Assembly: GCA_963676105.1 (NCBI GenBank) | Contig: OY781039.1 | Span: 1-32,000 of the forward strand | Direction of reading: 5' to 3' | Origin: Erysipelotrichaceae bacterium | GTDB lineage: Bacteria > Bacillota_I > Bacilli_A > Erysipelotrichales > Erysipelotrichaceae | Length of the DNA: 32,000 nt | In this document: positions 16,890-26,216 of the stretch, piece after piece | How the letters are laid out: each line of letters begins with the position of its first letter | Numbering within the stretch: position 1 is the first letter of the stretch | Translations under genes and position numbers: made by a program | Notes under the pieces: generated by a model | What the model saw: only the letters and a program-made list of their open reading frames with translations | The model's database searches: none | What the model was told of the DNA's origin: nothing

Positions 16890-17168
16890 ATGAAACACAC
16901 ACATCGTGATGAAAAAATTCAAAAAGATTTAAATGTACGTTTAAATCGATTAGAAGGTCAAATTAGAGGAATACGTGGCATGCTTGAAAATGAAGCTTAT
17001 TGTGATGATATCCTTATTCAAGTCGCCGCTGTTAAATCAGCATTAGATGCCTTTGGGATGAAACTATTTGAAGATCATGTTCATCACTGTGTTGTGCGTG
17101 ACATTAAAAACGATGATCCTGAAATCATCGATGAGTTATTTACAAGCATTAAACGATTAAGTCGTTAA
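16890..17168 (+). CDS. csoR: CsoR-family copper-sensing transcriptional repressor
   Basis: 92 aa. LNRLEGQIRGIRGMLENEAYCDDILIQVAAVKSAL...HVHHCV carries the Cys...His...Cys ligand pattern of CsoR/RcnR (DUF156). Confidence 0.9.
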   Translation: MKHTHRDEKIQKDLNVRLNRLEGQIRGIRGMLENEAYCDDILIQVAAVKSALDAFGMKLFEDHVHHCVVRDIKNDDPEIIDELFTSIKRLSR

Positions 17169-17171
17169 AGG

Positions 17172-17200
17172 AAAGGCTATCCAATTTGGATAGCCTTTTT
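17172..17200. terminator. Bidirectional intrinsic terminator between csoR and the convergent HIT gene
   Basis: GGCUAUCC-aauuu-GGAUAGCC is flanked by an A-run and a T-run. The HIT stop codon lies within the stem. Confidence 0.8.
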
Positions 17201-17578
17201 AGTTGAATCATCAAGTTTATATTCATCTTTAGGGTTAAAATGACAATCTAAACCATCGCCACTTTCATATCGTGGTATTAAATGAAAATGTACATGGAAG
17301 ACTGATTGACCAGCGATTTCTTTCGCATTAGATAGGAAGTTATAACCATCTGGTTTTAAGACTTCATCATATTTCTTAGCTAATAACTTTGCGATGCCAT
17401 GGCATCTTGCGGCAAGTTCACTGGAAACTTGAGTAAAGTCATCATAATGCTTTTTAGGAATGATAAGAGTGTGACCTTTAGATGTTGGATTAATATCCAA
17501 AAAGGCTAAAACATGTTCGTCTTCATACACGGTATCACTAGGTATTTCATGATTCGCAATTTTACAAAATAAACACAT
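17177..17578 (-). CDS. HIT family (histidine triad) nucleotide hydrolase
   Basis: MCLFCKIANHEIPSDTVYEDEHVLAFLDI plus the histidine triad VFHVHFHLIPR. I prefer the ATG at 17578 (GAGGA upstream) over the track start at 17611. Confidence 0.9.
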   Translation of the reverse strand: MCLFCKIANHEIPSDTVYEDEHVLAFLDINPTSKGHTLIIPKKHYDDFTQVSSELAARCHGIAKLLAKKYDEVLKPDGYNFLSNAKEIAGQSVFHVHFHLIPRYESGDGLDCHFNPKDEYKLDDSTKKAIQIG

Positions 17579-17611
17579 AAATAAATCCTCGCTTTTAATT
17601 ATTATACACAA

Positions 17612-17640
17612 ATAAAAAAACCGTGTGTGAACACGGTTTA
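17612..17640 (-). terminator. Intrinsic terminator after the foldase gene pair
   Basis: Minus strand: AACCGUGU-ucac-ACACGGUU followed by UUUUUUUA. Confidence 0.8.
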
Positions 17641-18492
17641 TTCTGCTAAGTAGTCTGGGTAAGATAGAACGAATTGATCGTAGATACTCTTATCATAAAG
17701 AGTGAAACCATTTCTTACAAAGGCATCTTGAAGAGCCATTTCAATAAAGGTTGTATCGAAACTGAAAGCACTCACTACATCATCTTCGATCTTATTTGGA
17801 TCAGCAACAGTAATTTGAACAATATAGTTTGTTTCACTATCTGTGTCTGGAAGCACTGGAGATAAAGTTGGTGATACTTGAGTATTCATCCAAGTTAAGA
17901 TAACACTTGGTAATTCAGATGCGGTATAGACCATTTCTTCATCACCAGGATAGGCAGCTGTTGTATACTGTGCTGCAACAGATGTAAAATCTGTACCTGC
18001 TTGAATTGAAGCAAGTGCTGCATCAGCTAAGTCAGAATCAGTAACTTCTATAATACGAACCATTTTAGGTAAGTAGTTATTACTGATTTCAACATAGTTT
18101 TCACGTAAGTAGTTTTGAACTAAGATATCTTGTTGAAGAGTAGGAAGGATACCATTTGTATAGTAGTCATCCATATCTTTGTAACCATAGTATTGTAGAT
18201 AAACATCAGCGTTTTCACCCATGGTTTCTGTAAAGTTAGCAAGTTCTAATTCTGCTTCAGCAACCATTTCAGCTGTTTGTTCAACTTCAGCATTCAAGAT
18301 AACTTGAGTTGCCATTTGTTTAACAATACCAGCAGCATCTTGTGCGATAAGTGCTGTATAAACTTCTTCATTAGTGATTTTACTTCCACCCACTGTAATA
18401 AGTACTGTATCTTTATCACTGATTTCTGTTGTGACATTACCACAAGCAGTTAATGTTAAGGCAACGAGTGCTGTTAGTAATATTTTTTTCAT
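17638..18492 (-). CDS. PrsA/SurA-like foldase lipoprotein with a degenerate parvulin-like domain
   Basis: MKKILLTALVALTLTACG is a lipoprotein signal peptide with a lipobox. The SurA_N-like region is followed by a parvulin-like segment (I.AGTDFTSVAAQY) that lacks the usual His residues (NYIVQI in place of GYHII). The ATG at 18492 has GAGGAGG upstream. Confidence 0.65.
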   Translation of the reverse strand: MKKILLTALVALTLTACGNVTTEISDKDTVLITVGGSKITNEEVYTALIAQDAAGIVKQMATQVILNAEVEQTAEMVAEAELELANFTETMGENADVYLQYYGYKDMDDYYTNGILPTLQQDILVQNYLRENYVEISNNYLPKMVRIIEVTDSDLADAALASIQAGTDFTSVAAQYTTAAYPGDEEMVYTASELPSVILTWMNTQVSPTLSPVLPDTDSETNYIVQITVADPNKIEDDVVSAFSFDTTFIEMALQDAFVRNGFTLYDKSIYDQFVLSYPDYLAE

Positions 18493-18493
18493 C

Positions 18494-19477
18494 TTATTCA
18501 GCCTCCTCAATGCCCATATAAGCTAAGATTTCTGCTTTTAATTCATCGTTGCCACCAAAGTCAACGCCGATTTCTTGTGCTTTATCCCATAAAACAGTTT
18601 GTGTAATCGTTGTATCTGAATTGATAATCGCATCATAGAATTCTTGGTATTCTTTAAAACTATCAACAGTTAATGAATCTAAACGAATGAGATGATATCC
18701 ATAAGATGTTTGGACCCAATCACTTACTTGACCTTCTTCAGATAAAGCTAAAGCTGCATCTAAGAATTCTGTCACAAATTGTGTAGTCGCATCCATATAA
18801 CCTAAGTCACCACCAATAGTATTGTTGGATGTATCATCAGAATAAGTGGTGACCATTTCTTCAAATGATAAACCACTTTCCCAAGCTGCTTTTGCTGCTT
18901 CGAAACGTTCTGTTTCTTCAGCTGTTGGATTTGCTGGATCATCCATCATGACTAATACATGAGAAATGATGCGTGGTTGATATTCTAGTGCGAATGCTTC
19001 ATACATACTATCTAAGTTAGCATCAACATAATCATTCATAAGTTGTTGGTATTTATAAGTAAATACAAAGTAGTCTTCTAAATCATCAAGTGAGTCGTAA
19101 CCCATTGTTTTTAAAGCATCTACGAGATACTCTTCATATAGGGCTTCACCATAATAATCTAAGAAGTTGGCTTTTACACCATCAATATCAACTTCAGCTT
19201 TGGTGCGCATAACATCAGTTGTGTCTAGTGCTGCATGAACCACAGCTCTTTCAAACAACATGTATACAACATCAATCCCTGCTTGTTGATACAATTGACC
19301 ATACACTTCATCAGTGCTTACGTCAGTGTCTGCCACGCTAAATACGATGTCCTTTCCATCGACAGACTTGGATGGAAGGTTGTCTTTATTTTGATCATAA
19401 ACAAAATAAGCAACAGTTGAAACAAGTAGTAGAGCGATAAGCCCAATAAACCATTGCTTCTTTAAAAATTCGAGCAT
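18494..19477 (-). CDS. Membrane-anchored parvulin-type peptidyl-prolyl isomerase (PrsA/PpiD-like)
   Basis: N-terminal TM segment WFIGLIALLLVSTVAYFV. The canonical parvulin segment is RIISHVLV...GGDLGYMD...FVTEF...SYGYHLIRL. I prefer the ATG at 19477 (AGGAGG 8 nt upstream) over the track start at 19525. Confidence 0.75.
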   Translation of the reverse strand: MLEFLKKQWFIGLIALLLVSTVAYFVYDQNKDNLPSKSVDGKDIVFSVADTDVSTDEVYGQLYQQAGIDVVYMLFERAVVHAALDTTDVMRTKAEVDIDGVKANFLDYYGEALYEEYLVDALKTMGYDSLDDLEDYFVFTYKYQQLMNDYVDANLDSMYEAFALEYQPRIISHVLVMMDDPANPTAEETERFEAAKAAWESGLSFEEMVTTYSDDTSNNTIGGDLGYMDATTQFVTEFLDAALALSEEGQVSDWVQTSYGYHLIRLDSLTVDSFKEYQEFYDAIINSDTTITQTVLWDKAQEIGVDFGGNDELKAEILAYMGIEEAE

Positions 19478-19505
19478 GTAAACTCCTCCTAAAACTAACA
19501 TTCCT

Positions 19506-19511
19506 ATTATA
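19506..19511 (-). promoter_or_regulatory. Candidate -10 box for the foldase operon
   Basis: Minus strand: TTGTTT, 16 nt, TATAAT. It lies between the preferred start at 19477 and the track start at 19525, which supports the shorter ORF. Confidence 0.4.
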
Positions 19512-19575
19512 ATACAAAGTTGCAAAGAAACAAGGCGAACTGTAGTGCATGAAAAACCCGTTTCACTTCATCACA

Positions 19576-19584
19576 TGGTATAAT
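19576..19584 (+). promoter_or_regulatory. Extended -10 promoter (TGgTATAAT) for the suf operon
   Basis: TGgTATAAT lies 38 nt upstream of the sufC ATG. RBS AAAGGAG is at 19604-19610. Confidence 0.6.
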
Positions 19585-19621
19585 ACAAACGTTTCACACG
19601 TATAAAGGAGTATTAAAACTT

Positions 19622-20461
19622 ATGGCTTTATTAGAAATAAAAGATCTTCATGTAGAAATTGAAGGTAAAGAGATTCTTAGAGGAATTAACTTATCTTTAA
19701 ATGAAGGTGAAATTCACGCAATTATGGGACCTAATGGTCATGGTAAATCAACCTTACTCGCCGCTATTATGGGACACCCTAAATATACAGTCACAAAAGG
19801 TTCAGTTATTTTCGAAGGAAAAGATGTTTTATCAATGGAAGTAAATGAGCGTGCTCAAGCCGGTTTGTTTTTAGGGATGCAATACCCAATGGAAATTTCT
19901 GGTGTAACAAACTCAGACTTTCTTAAAGCAGCTCTAAATACACGTCGCGAAGAACCTATTTCTCTTTTTAGTTTCATTCGTAAATTGGAAGGAGCTATTT
20001 CAGATCTCGAAATGAAATCAAATTTAGCACACCGTTATGTAAATGAAGGTTTTTCTGGTGGCGAGAAAAAACGTAATGAAATATTACAAATGATGTTACT
20101 TGAACCAAAATTAGCTATGTTAGATGAAATTGACTCAGGCTTAGATGTTGATGCCTTGAAAATTGTCGCAAAAGCGATCAATGAACAAGCTGCAAAACAA
20201 AACACAACTCTAATGTTGGTATCTCACTATGAACGTTTCTATCAACTCGTTCAACCTACTCATGCCCATGTCATTATTGATGGTGTTGTGGTTTATGAAG
20301 GTGGCAAAGAACTGGTTACTAAAATTGATGAACAAGGTTATAACTGGCTCACTGATGAGTTAGGTATTGAGATTAAAGAAGAAGATGAATCAATGAATCG
20401 TACAACAGTTGGTACTTTAGGTACCTGTGCTGTTAAAGATTGGGGAGATGCGAGTGTCTAA
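19622..20461 (+). CDS. sufC: Fe-S cluster assembly ATPase SufC
   Basis: Walker A GPNGHGKST, ABC signature FSGGEKKR and Walker B LAMLDEIDSGLD. It is the first gene of the sufCDSUB order. Confidence 0.95.
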   Translation: MALLEIKDLHVEIEGKEILRGINLSLNEGEIHAIMGPNGHGKSTLLAAIMGHPKYTVTKGSVIFEGKDVLSMEVNERAQAGLFLGMQYPMEISGVTNSDFLKAALNTRREEPISLFSFIRKLEGAISDLEMKSNLAHRYVNEGFSGGEKKRNEILQMMLLEPKLAMLDEIDSGLDVDALKIVAKAINEQAAKQNTTLMLVSHYERFYQLVQPTHAHVIIDGVVVYEGGKELVTKIDEQGYNWLTDELGIEIKEEDESMNRTTVGTLGTCAVKDWGDASV

Positions 20462-21230
20462 TCCAATTGAAAAATTGACACATGTTGTAGATGGGAATAC
20501 ACCTTTAAACATTGTTTCTCAAAAAGACACGTCATCTGATATTATTGTTGAAATCTCAGGTGAAGGACAATGTGATATTGAGGTTGTTGTGAGTGATAAC
20601 TCAAGACTTAATTTATTCTTTATCAATATTGGTCAAAATTTAACTTTAAAAGAAAGTATTACGCTAAAAAGAGATTGTGAACTCAATGTCTCTTATGCGG
20701 ATTTTAATGATGCAAAACTTGAAAGAAACGCTAACTTTGTATTTGAAAAAGAAGGGGCTGTTTGTCATTTAAAAAGTGCCGTCTTAGTTCAATCTGATAA
20801 AAAAATTAAATATAACTTTGATCATGTCGCTCGCAATACTTATGGTGATATGGAAAACTTTGCGGTTACTTTTGAAGAAGGCAGTTTAGTAATGCATGCG
20901 GCTGGTCACATTGGTAAAAATGCAAGTCTATCTGAAACGCATCAGAATACTCGTGTTCTTAACTATAACTCCAGTAAAAAGGCACAAGTTTTCCCTGAGT
21001 TGATTATTGAAAATAACGATGTTAAGGCAAGTCATGCTGAAAGTAGTGGTCAAGTAAATGCAGACCATTTATATTACATGCAGTCTAGAGGTTTAAATAC
21101 TTCGGATGCTGTTCGTTTAATTGTTAAAGGTTATTTGTCAAGCATTCTAGATTCCATCAATGATGAAGCATTACATGATAAACTCATGTTAGAAATAGAT
21201 CAAAAGGTGGAGCAAGTATGTTCGATGTAA
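20448..21230 (+). CDS. sufD: Fe-S cluster assembly protein SufD (short form)
   Basis: The C-terminal motif SSGQVNADHLYYMQSRGL...AVRLIVKGY is shared with SufB/SufD, and the gene sits between sufC and sufS. The start is ambiguous (ATG 20427, ATG 20448 or GTG 20454), giving only ~260 aa. Confidence 0.8.
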   Translation: MRVSNPIEKLTHVVDGNTPLNIVSQKDTSSDIIVEISGEGQCDIEVVVSDNSRLNLFFINIGQNLTLKESITLKRDCELNVSYADFNDAKLERNANFVFEKEGAVCHLKSAVLVQSDKKIKYNFDHVARNTYGDMENFAVTFEEGSLVMHAAGHIGKNASLSETHQNTRVLNYNSSKKAQVFPELIIENNDVKASHAESSGQVNADHLYYMQSRGLNTSDAVRLIVKGYLSSILDSINDEALHDKLMLEIDQKVEQVCSM

Positions 21231-22450
21231 ATCAAATAAGACAAGATTTTCCAATGTTAAAAAAGGCTGATGTGAGTGATAAGCCAATGGCCTATTTAGA
21301 CAATGCCGCAACAACCTTAAAACCACAAGTAGTTGTTGATGCAATGGTGTCTTATTTAACTGAAAAATCCGTTAATATCCACCGTGGAGACTATGATTTA
21401 TCTTATCAAGTCTCTGATGAGTACGAACAAGCTCGTAAAGCAATCGCACGTTTTCTTAATGCGGATGAAAAAGAAGTGGTCTTTACTTCTGGTGCTTCAG
21501 CATCTTTAAACTTAGTTGCCTATGGTTGGGGACAAACATTCCTTAAAAAAGGAGATGTCATTCTATCATCAGAAGCTGAACATGCTTCAAATATTTTACC
21601 TTGGATGAAAGCAGCTGAAGAAACTGGCGCAATCATTGAATATATTGAACTTACCAAAGAAGGTGAGTTAACGATTGAAAACTTTAAAAAAGCGATGCAC
21701 GAAAAAGTTAAAGTGGTTGCGATTGCACACATTACCAATGTCTTAGGTTTTGTCGCACCGATTAAAGCAATCGCACAAATCACACATGACTTTGGCGCTG
21801 TTATATCAGTTGATGGTGCGCAATCTGTTCCGCATATCAAAAGTGATGTAAAGGATTGGGATATTGATTTCTTATCTTTTTCAGCTCATAAAATGATTGG
21901 ACCAACTGGCGTTGGTGTACTCTTTGGTAAATTCCATTTATTAGAAGAGATGAAACCATTTATGTTAGGTGGTGGATCAAATGCACGGTTTGATATTTGT
22001 GGAAACATTCAACTAAAAAATGCTCCTTATAAATTTGAAGCTGGAACCCCAGCAATTGAAGCTGTTTTAGGCTTTAAAGCAGCCGTAGAATATCTTGAGT
22101 CCGTAGGAATGGATGTGATCGAAAAGCGTGAGCATGAACTTCGTGTTTATTTAGTTGAAGCGCTTAAGAAAATGGATCATGTGATTATCTATAACGAACA
22201 TGCGGGCACTGGTATCGTAACGATTAATGTTAAAGAAATTTTTGCCCAAGATGTTGCGGTTTACCTGAATTCAAAAGGAATTGCGGTAAGAGCTGGAAAT
22301 CACTGTGCCAAAATCTTAGTTGAACTAATTGAAACCGGTGAAACGGTTCGTATTTCGATTAATTTCTACAATACGGTTGAAGAACTTGATCGATTAATTG
22401 AAGCACTAAAAACAATCACATTAGAACAATGTATTGATTTGTATTTATAA
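21218..22450 (+). CDS. sufS: Cysteine desulfurase SufS (class II aminotransferase-V)
   Basis: PLP-lysine motif FSAHKMIGPTG, catalytic Cys in RAGNHCA, and N-terminus YLDNAATTLKPQ. Confidence 0.95.
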   Translation: MFDVNQIRQDFPMLKKADVSDKPMAYLDNAATTLKPQVVVDAMVSYLTEKSVNIHRGDYDLSYQVSDEYEQARKAIARFLNADEKEVVFTSGASASLNLVAYGWGQTFLKKGDVILSSEAEHASNILPWMKAAEETGAIIEYIELTKEGELTIENFKKAMHEKVKVVAIAHITNVLGFVAPIKAIAQITHDFGAVISVDGAQSVPHIKSDVKDWDIDFLSFSAHKMIGPTGVGVLFGKFHLLEEMKPFMLGGGSNARFDICGNIQLKNAPYKFEAGTPAIEAVLGFKAAVEYLESVGMDVIEKREHELRVYLVEALKKMDHVIIYNEHAGTGIVTINVKEIFAQDVAVYLNSKGIAVRAGNHCAKILVELIETGETVRISINFYNTVEELDRLIEALKTITLEQCIDLYL

Positions 22451-22464
22451 AAGGAGGGTAAGAA

Positions 22465-22905
22465 ATGTCAGATTTAATGAAAGATCCTATGATTCTAAGA
22501 TCAATCATCATGGATCATTATAAATACCCTCATCATCATAAATTGGTTGAAGATGATCAATATCACAGTGTGCATATGGCATCTGAATCATGTATCGACG
22601 ATATTACAGTTATGGCAAATGTTGAAAATGGTGTTATTAAAGACATTGTTTTTGATGGCGTTGCTTGTACCATCTCAACTGCTTCCACATCGATTATGAC
22701 GGATTTACTTCGTGGTAAAACCATCGAAGAAGCAAAAGCTCTTATCAATGAATACTACAACATGATTGATCTAAAAGATTATGATGAAGAAAAACTGGAA
22801 GAAGCAGTAGCTTTTTATCAAGTCGGTAAACAAGCAAATCGAATCAAATGTGCAACCATTGGCTTCAAAGCGATGGAACAAATCTTAGAGGAGGTTGAAA
22901 AATGA
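22465..22905 (+). CDS. sufU: Sulfur-transfer scaffold SufU (IscU-like, Zn-dependent type)
   Basis: 146 aa. It has conserved Cys/Asp ligands ([23 protein letters not shown]) and sits in the sufS-sufU-sufB context. Confidence 0.9.
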   Translation: MSDLMKDPMILRSIIMDHYKYPHHHKLVEDDQYHSVHMASESCIDDITVMANVENGVIKDIVFDGVACTISTASTSIMTDLLRGKTIEEAKALINEYYNMIDLKDYDEEKLEEAVAFYQVGKQANRIKCATIGFKAMEQILEEVEK

Positions 22906-24305
22906 GTCAAAAAGACCAACTACCTGAATTAGAGTATCAATACGGCTTTCAAGATAAAGACGTATCCATATATAAAACCAAGAAGGGGATTAATCCTGAA
23001 ATCGTTAAAGAGATTTCTGCGATTAAAAAAGAACCTGAATGGATGACAGAGTTTAGATTAAAAGCATACGACTTTTTTGATAAAAAAGAACTTCAAAAAT
23101 GGGGTCCTGATTTAAGTGATTTAAACTTTGATGATTACACTTATTATATTCGTCCATCTGAAAAAATGATGAATGACTGGAATGATGTTCCAGAAACCAT
23201 TAAAGATACCTTTGATCGTTTAGGATTACCTGAAGCTGAGAAGAAATTCTTGGCTGGTGTCGCAACTCAGTATGAATCAGAAATGGTTTATCACAATATG
23301 CTAGAAGAAGTCGAAGAAAAAGGCGTTATATTTACAGATCCTGATACAGGTCTTAGAGAACATCCTGAAATCTTTAAAAAATACTTTGGGACGATTGTAC
23401 CTTATTCTGATAATAAATTTGCAGCTTTAAATTCAGCTGTTTGGAGTGGCGGATCATTTATCTATGTTCCCCCTGGTGTAAAACTAGATAAACCACTTCA
23501 ATCTTACTTCCGTATTAATTCCGAACAAATGGGTCAATTCGAAAGAACACTTATTATTGTTGATGAAGGCGCGGATGTACACTACGTTGAAGGATGTACT
23601 GCACCAGTTTATTCAAAAGATAGTTTACATGCGGCAGTCGTTGAAATTATTGTCCATAAGAATGCGCGATGCAGATATACGACCATTCAAAACTGGTCAA
23701 ACAACGTTATGAACTTAGTTACTAAACGTGCATATGTTGAAGAAAATGGTGTCATGGAATGGATTGATGGAAACATTGGTTCTCATGTAACTATGAAATA
23801 TCCTGCATGCATCTTAGCGGGTGAACATGCTCGAGGTATGACCATTTCAATTGCAGTCGCATCAAGTATGACGCAAATTCAAGATGCAGGTGCCAAAATG
23901 GTTCACTTAGCCCCTAATACTTACTCCAACATTATTTCTAAATCAGTTGGACGTCATGGTGGTACCGTAAACTACCGCGGTTTAGTGCAACATAGTGCGA
24001 AAGCTGTTGGCGCATTCTCTAAGATTGAATGTGATACTTTGCTTTTAGATGAAGAAGCTAAATCAGATACTTTACCTAACAATATTACCTATACGCCTAA
24101 ATCAACCATTGAACATGAAGCAACTGTTTCTAAAGTGTCTGAAGATCAACTCTTTTATCTCATGAGTCGTGGTCTTAATCGCTCTCAAGCATTAGAGACG
24201 ATTGTAATGGGCTTCTTAGAACCATTTACACGTGAGCTACCAATGGAATATGCTGTTGAACTCAATCAATTAATGAGCCTTGAAATGGAAGGTAGTGTCG
24301 GTTAG
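22902..24305 (+). CDS. sufB: Fe-S cluster assembly scaffold SufB
   Basis: 467 aa with conserved segments [20 protein letters not shown] and [12 protein letters not shown]. Confidence 0.95.
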   Translation: MSQKDQLPELEYQYGFQDKDVSIYKTKKGINPEIVKEISAIKKEPEWMTEFRLKAYDFFDKKELQKWGPDLSDLNFDDYTYYIRPSEKMMNDWNDVPETIKDTFDRLGLPEAEKKFLAGVATQYESEMVYHNMLEEVEEKGVIFTDPDTGLREHPEIFKKYFGTIVPYSDNKFAALNSAVWSGGSFIYVPPGVKLDKPLQSYFRINSEQMGQFERTLIIVDEGADVHYVEGCTAPVYSKDSLHAAVVEIIVHKNARCRYTTIQNWSNNVMNLVTKRAYVEENGVMEWIDGNIGSHVTMKYPACILAGEHARGMTISIAVASSMTQIQDAGAKMVHLAPNTYSNIISKSVGRHGGTVNYRGLVQHSAKAVGAFSKIECDTLLLDEEAKSDTLPNNITYTPKSTIEHEATVSKVSEDQLFYLMSRGLNRSQALETIVMGFLEPFTRELPMEYAVELNQLMSLEMEGSVG

Positions 24306-24823
24306 TGGATAAAAAACACTTACGACAAAAACACAAACAAATCAGAAATGAAAAAGACCGCTTTGAACTTTTAGAGCGGTCTTTATCCATTACACAACAA
24401 GTTATCGATATGCTTATTCCTTATGATTCGGTTGGAATTTATATTTCTGTTGATACAGAAGTAAATACACGAGCTATCATTGAGTACTGTTTTGAAAACA
24501 ATAAACGCGTCTGTGTCCCTAAAATTATGAATAAAGAAATGATTTTTGTAGATTTACATAGTATTGATGAATGTATTGAAATTAATGGCTTGTTAGAGCC
24601 GCAAAGTACATTAAAGGCAGAAGATCCAGAAATACAAATCATCCCAATGTTAGCTTTTAATCAACGATATTATCGCTTAGGCTATGGCGGTGGATATTAT
24701 GATAAGTATTTATCTACCTATGACGGATTTAAACTTGGTATCTGTTACAGTTTTGGCAAAGATGAAACACTAATTGAAAGCGATTTCGACATTTCTTGCC
24801 AAATGATTATAAGTGATAAATAA
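24305..24823 (+). CDS. 5-formyltetrahydrofolate cyclo-ligase
   Basis: Hallmark motif RLGYGGGYYDKYL in a 172-aa protein. The GTG start overlaps the sufB stop (TAGTG), suggesting co-transcription with suf. Confidence 0.85.
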   Translation: MDKKHLRQKHKQIRNEKDRFELLERSLSITQQVIDMLIPYDSVGIYISVDTEVNTRAIIEYCFENNKRVCVPKIMNKEMIFVDLHSIDECIEINGLLEPQSTLKAEDPEIQIIPMLAFNQRYYRLGYGGGYYDKYLSTYDGFKLGICYSFGKDETLIESDFDISCQMIISDK

Positions 24824-24837
24824 GACCCCTTAAGCAG

Positions 24838-24846
24838 TGCTATAAT
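24838..24846 (+). promoter_or_regulatory. Extended -10 promoter (TGcTATAAT) for the MFS gene
   Basis: TGcTATAAT is 20 nt upstream of the ATG at 24867. Confidence 0.55.
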
Positions 24847-24866
24847 CATTGAAAAGGGGTTTTTAT

Positions 24867-26027
24867 ATGATTAAACGAAACAATTATTTAATGTTAAAAG
24901 TCATGGTGTTGTTTTTTGTGGTTTTCTTTGGAGCATACATTCCACTGACTCAACGCATACCATATTTAGCATCTATTGGTTATAGCTATACTGAAATGAA
25001 CTTAATCTTTTCAATTCAAGCTGGGGTCGGGTTTGTATATCAATTTCTCGTAGGCTTTTTGTGTGATAAATATAAAACGATTAAGAAGTTTGTTTTTGGC
25101 GCTCAAATCATTGGGACAATTGGAATCTTCTTAATGTTTACATATACACAATATCAATTTTTCTATCACTTAATTGTTATCGCATTAATTGCAGGATTCA
25201 TGAATGTAGTCATTGGTTTATTAGATGCATGGGCATTAGAATTAGACCCTGAAATCAAAGAACATTATGGTGTTGTTCGTGGTATGGGAACTATTGGCTG
25301 GATTGTCGGTGGTTATGCAGTTACATTTGTCATTGAATCATTTGGATATTCTGCCCTTGGTTTAACGTATACAATTATTTCCTTAGTTTTGCTTACAACT
25401 GCTTATTTTGTACGAGACGCTGTAAAAGCACAGCATAGTGAGCCGATAACGATTAAAGATATTAAATTATTATTAACCAATAAACGTTATGTATTAATAG
25501 TTCTGATTTTTTTCTTCACTTTCATTTTAACCAATAGTGATGGCTTAATTGTAGTTACTAAAATGGAAGTTTTAGAAGCTAATGAAATGGAGAAATATCT
25601 ACGTTTTGCGATACAAGCTGTAGCTGAACTTCCAGTTATGTTCTTAGGGGCTTATTTCATGAAGAAATACAAAGCCATTAATTTATTGCTTTTTGCGATA
25701 ATCATGTATTTAATTCGATTTGTTTTATATGCTTTCTCAGGTACACCAACTTTAATGATAGCTGCATCAATGTTTCAATTAGTAACCTTCCCATTTGTCA
25801 TGATCACCTCAAAAGTTTTAGTCTTTGATAATTCTCCAGAACATCTAAAATCATCTGGACAAATGTTAGGTATGGGAATCTATATGGGGATTGGCGCAAC
25901 AGTCACTCCACTTATCACAGCATTCTTTATTGAGATGGGTGGTATTGATTTTTCAATGTTAGCTTTAGCTTCAATATTAATCATTCCTATTGTCCTATCA
26001 TACTTCTATAAGAAACTAGATGCTTAA
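24867..26027 (+). CDS. MFS-type transporter, substrate unknown
   Basis: About 386 aa with ~12 predicted TM segments. I prefer the ATG at 24867 (AAAGGGG 7 nt upstream) over the TTG at 24849. Confidence 0.75.
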   Translation: MIKRNNYLMLKVMVLFFVVFFGAYIPLTQRIPYLASIGYSYTEMNLIFSIQAGVGFVYQFLVGFLCDKYKTIKKFVFGAQIIGTIGIFLMFTYTQYQFFYHLIVIALIAGFMNVVIGLLDAWALELDPEIKEHYGVVRGMGTIGWIVGGYAVTFVIESFGYSALGLTYTIISLVLLTTAYFVRDAVKAQHSEPITIKDIKLLLTNKRYVLIVLIFFFTFILTNSDGLIVVTKMEVLEANEMEKYLRFAIQAVAELPVMFLGAYFMKKYKAINLLLFAIIMYLIRFVLYAFSGTPTLMIAASMFQLVTFPFVMITSKVLVFDNSPEHLKSSGQMLGMGIYMGIGATVTPLITAFFIEMGGIDFSMLALASILIIPIVLSYFYKKLDA

Positions 26028-26191
26028 TCACATAATTTAACACGATTAAGACACGAATTAGACATATTGAATTGTTATATTTTAAGTGCAAGATAATTAC
26101 TTGCCTGTACGAAGAACTCTTCTCTTCAAATAATAATCTCCTTTGAATTAATCGTACAGTATCCTTTCCCCTTTTGAAAAAGCAGATGAAG

Positions 26192-26216
26192 AAAGACGCA
26201 AGCAGCGTCTTTTTTC
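26192..26216 (+). terminator. Intrinsic terminator in the MFS / NAD(P)H-binding intergenic region
   Basis: AAAGACGC-aagca-GCGUCUUU followed by UUUUCAUUUUU. It lies 165 nt downstream of the MFS stop codon. Confidence 0.75.
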
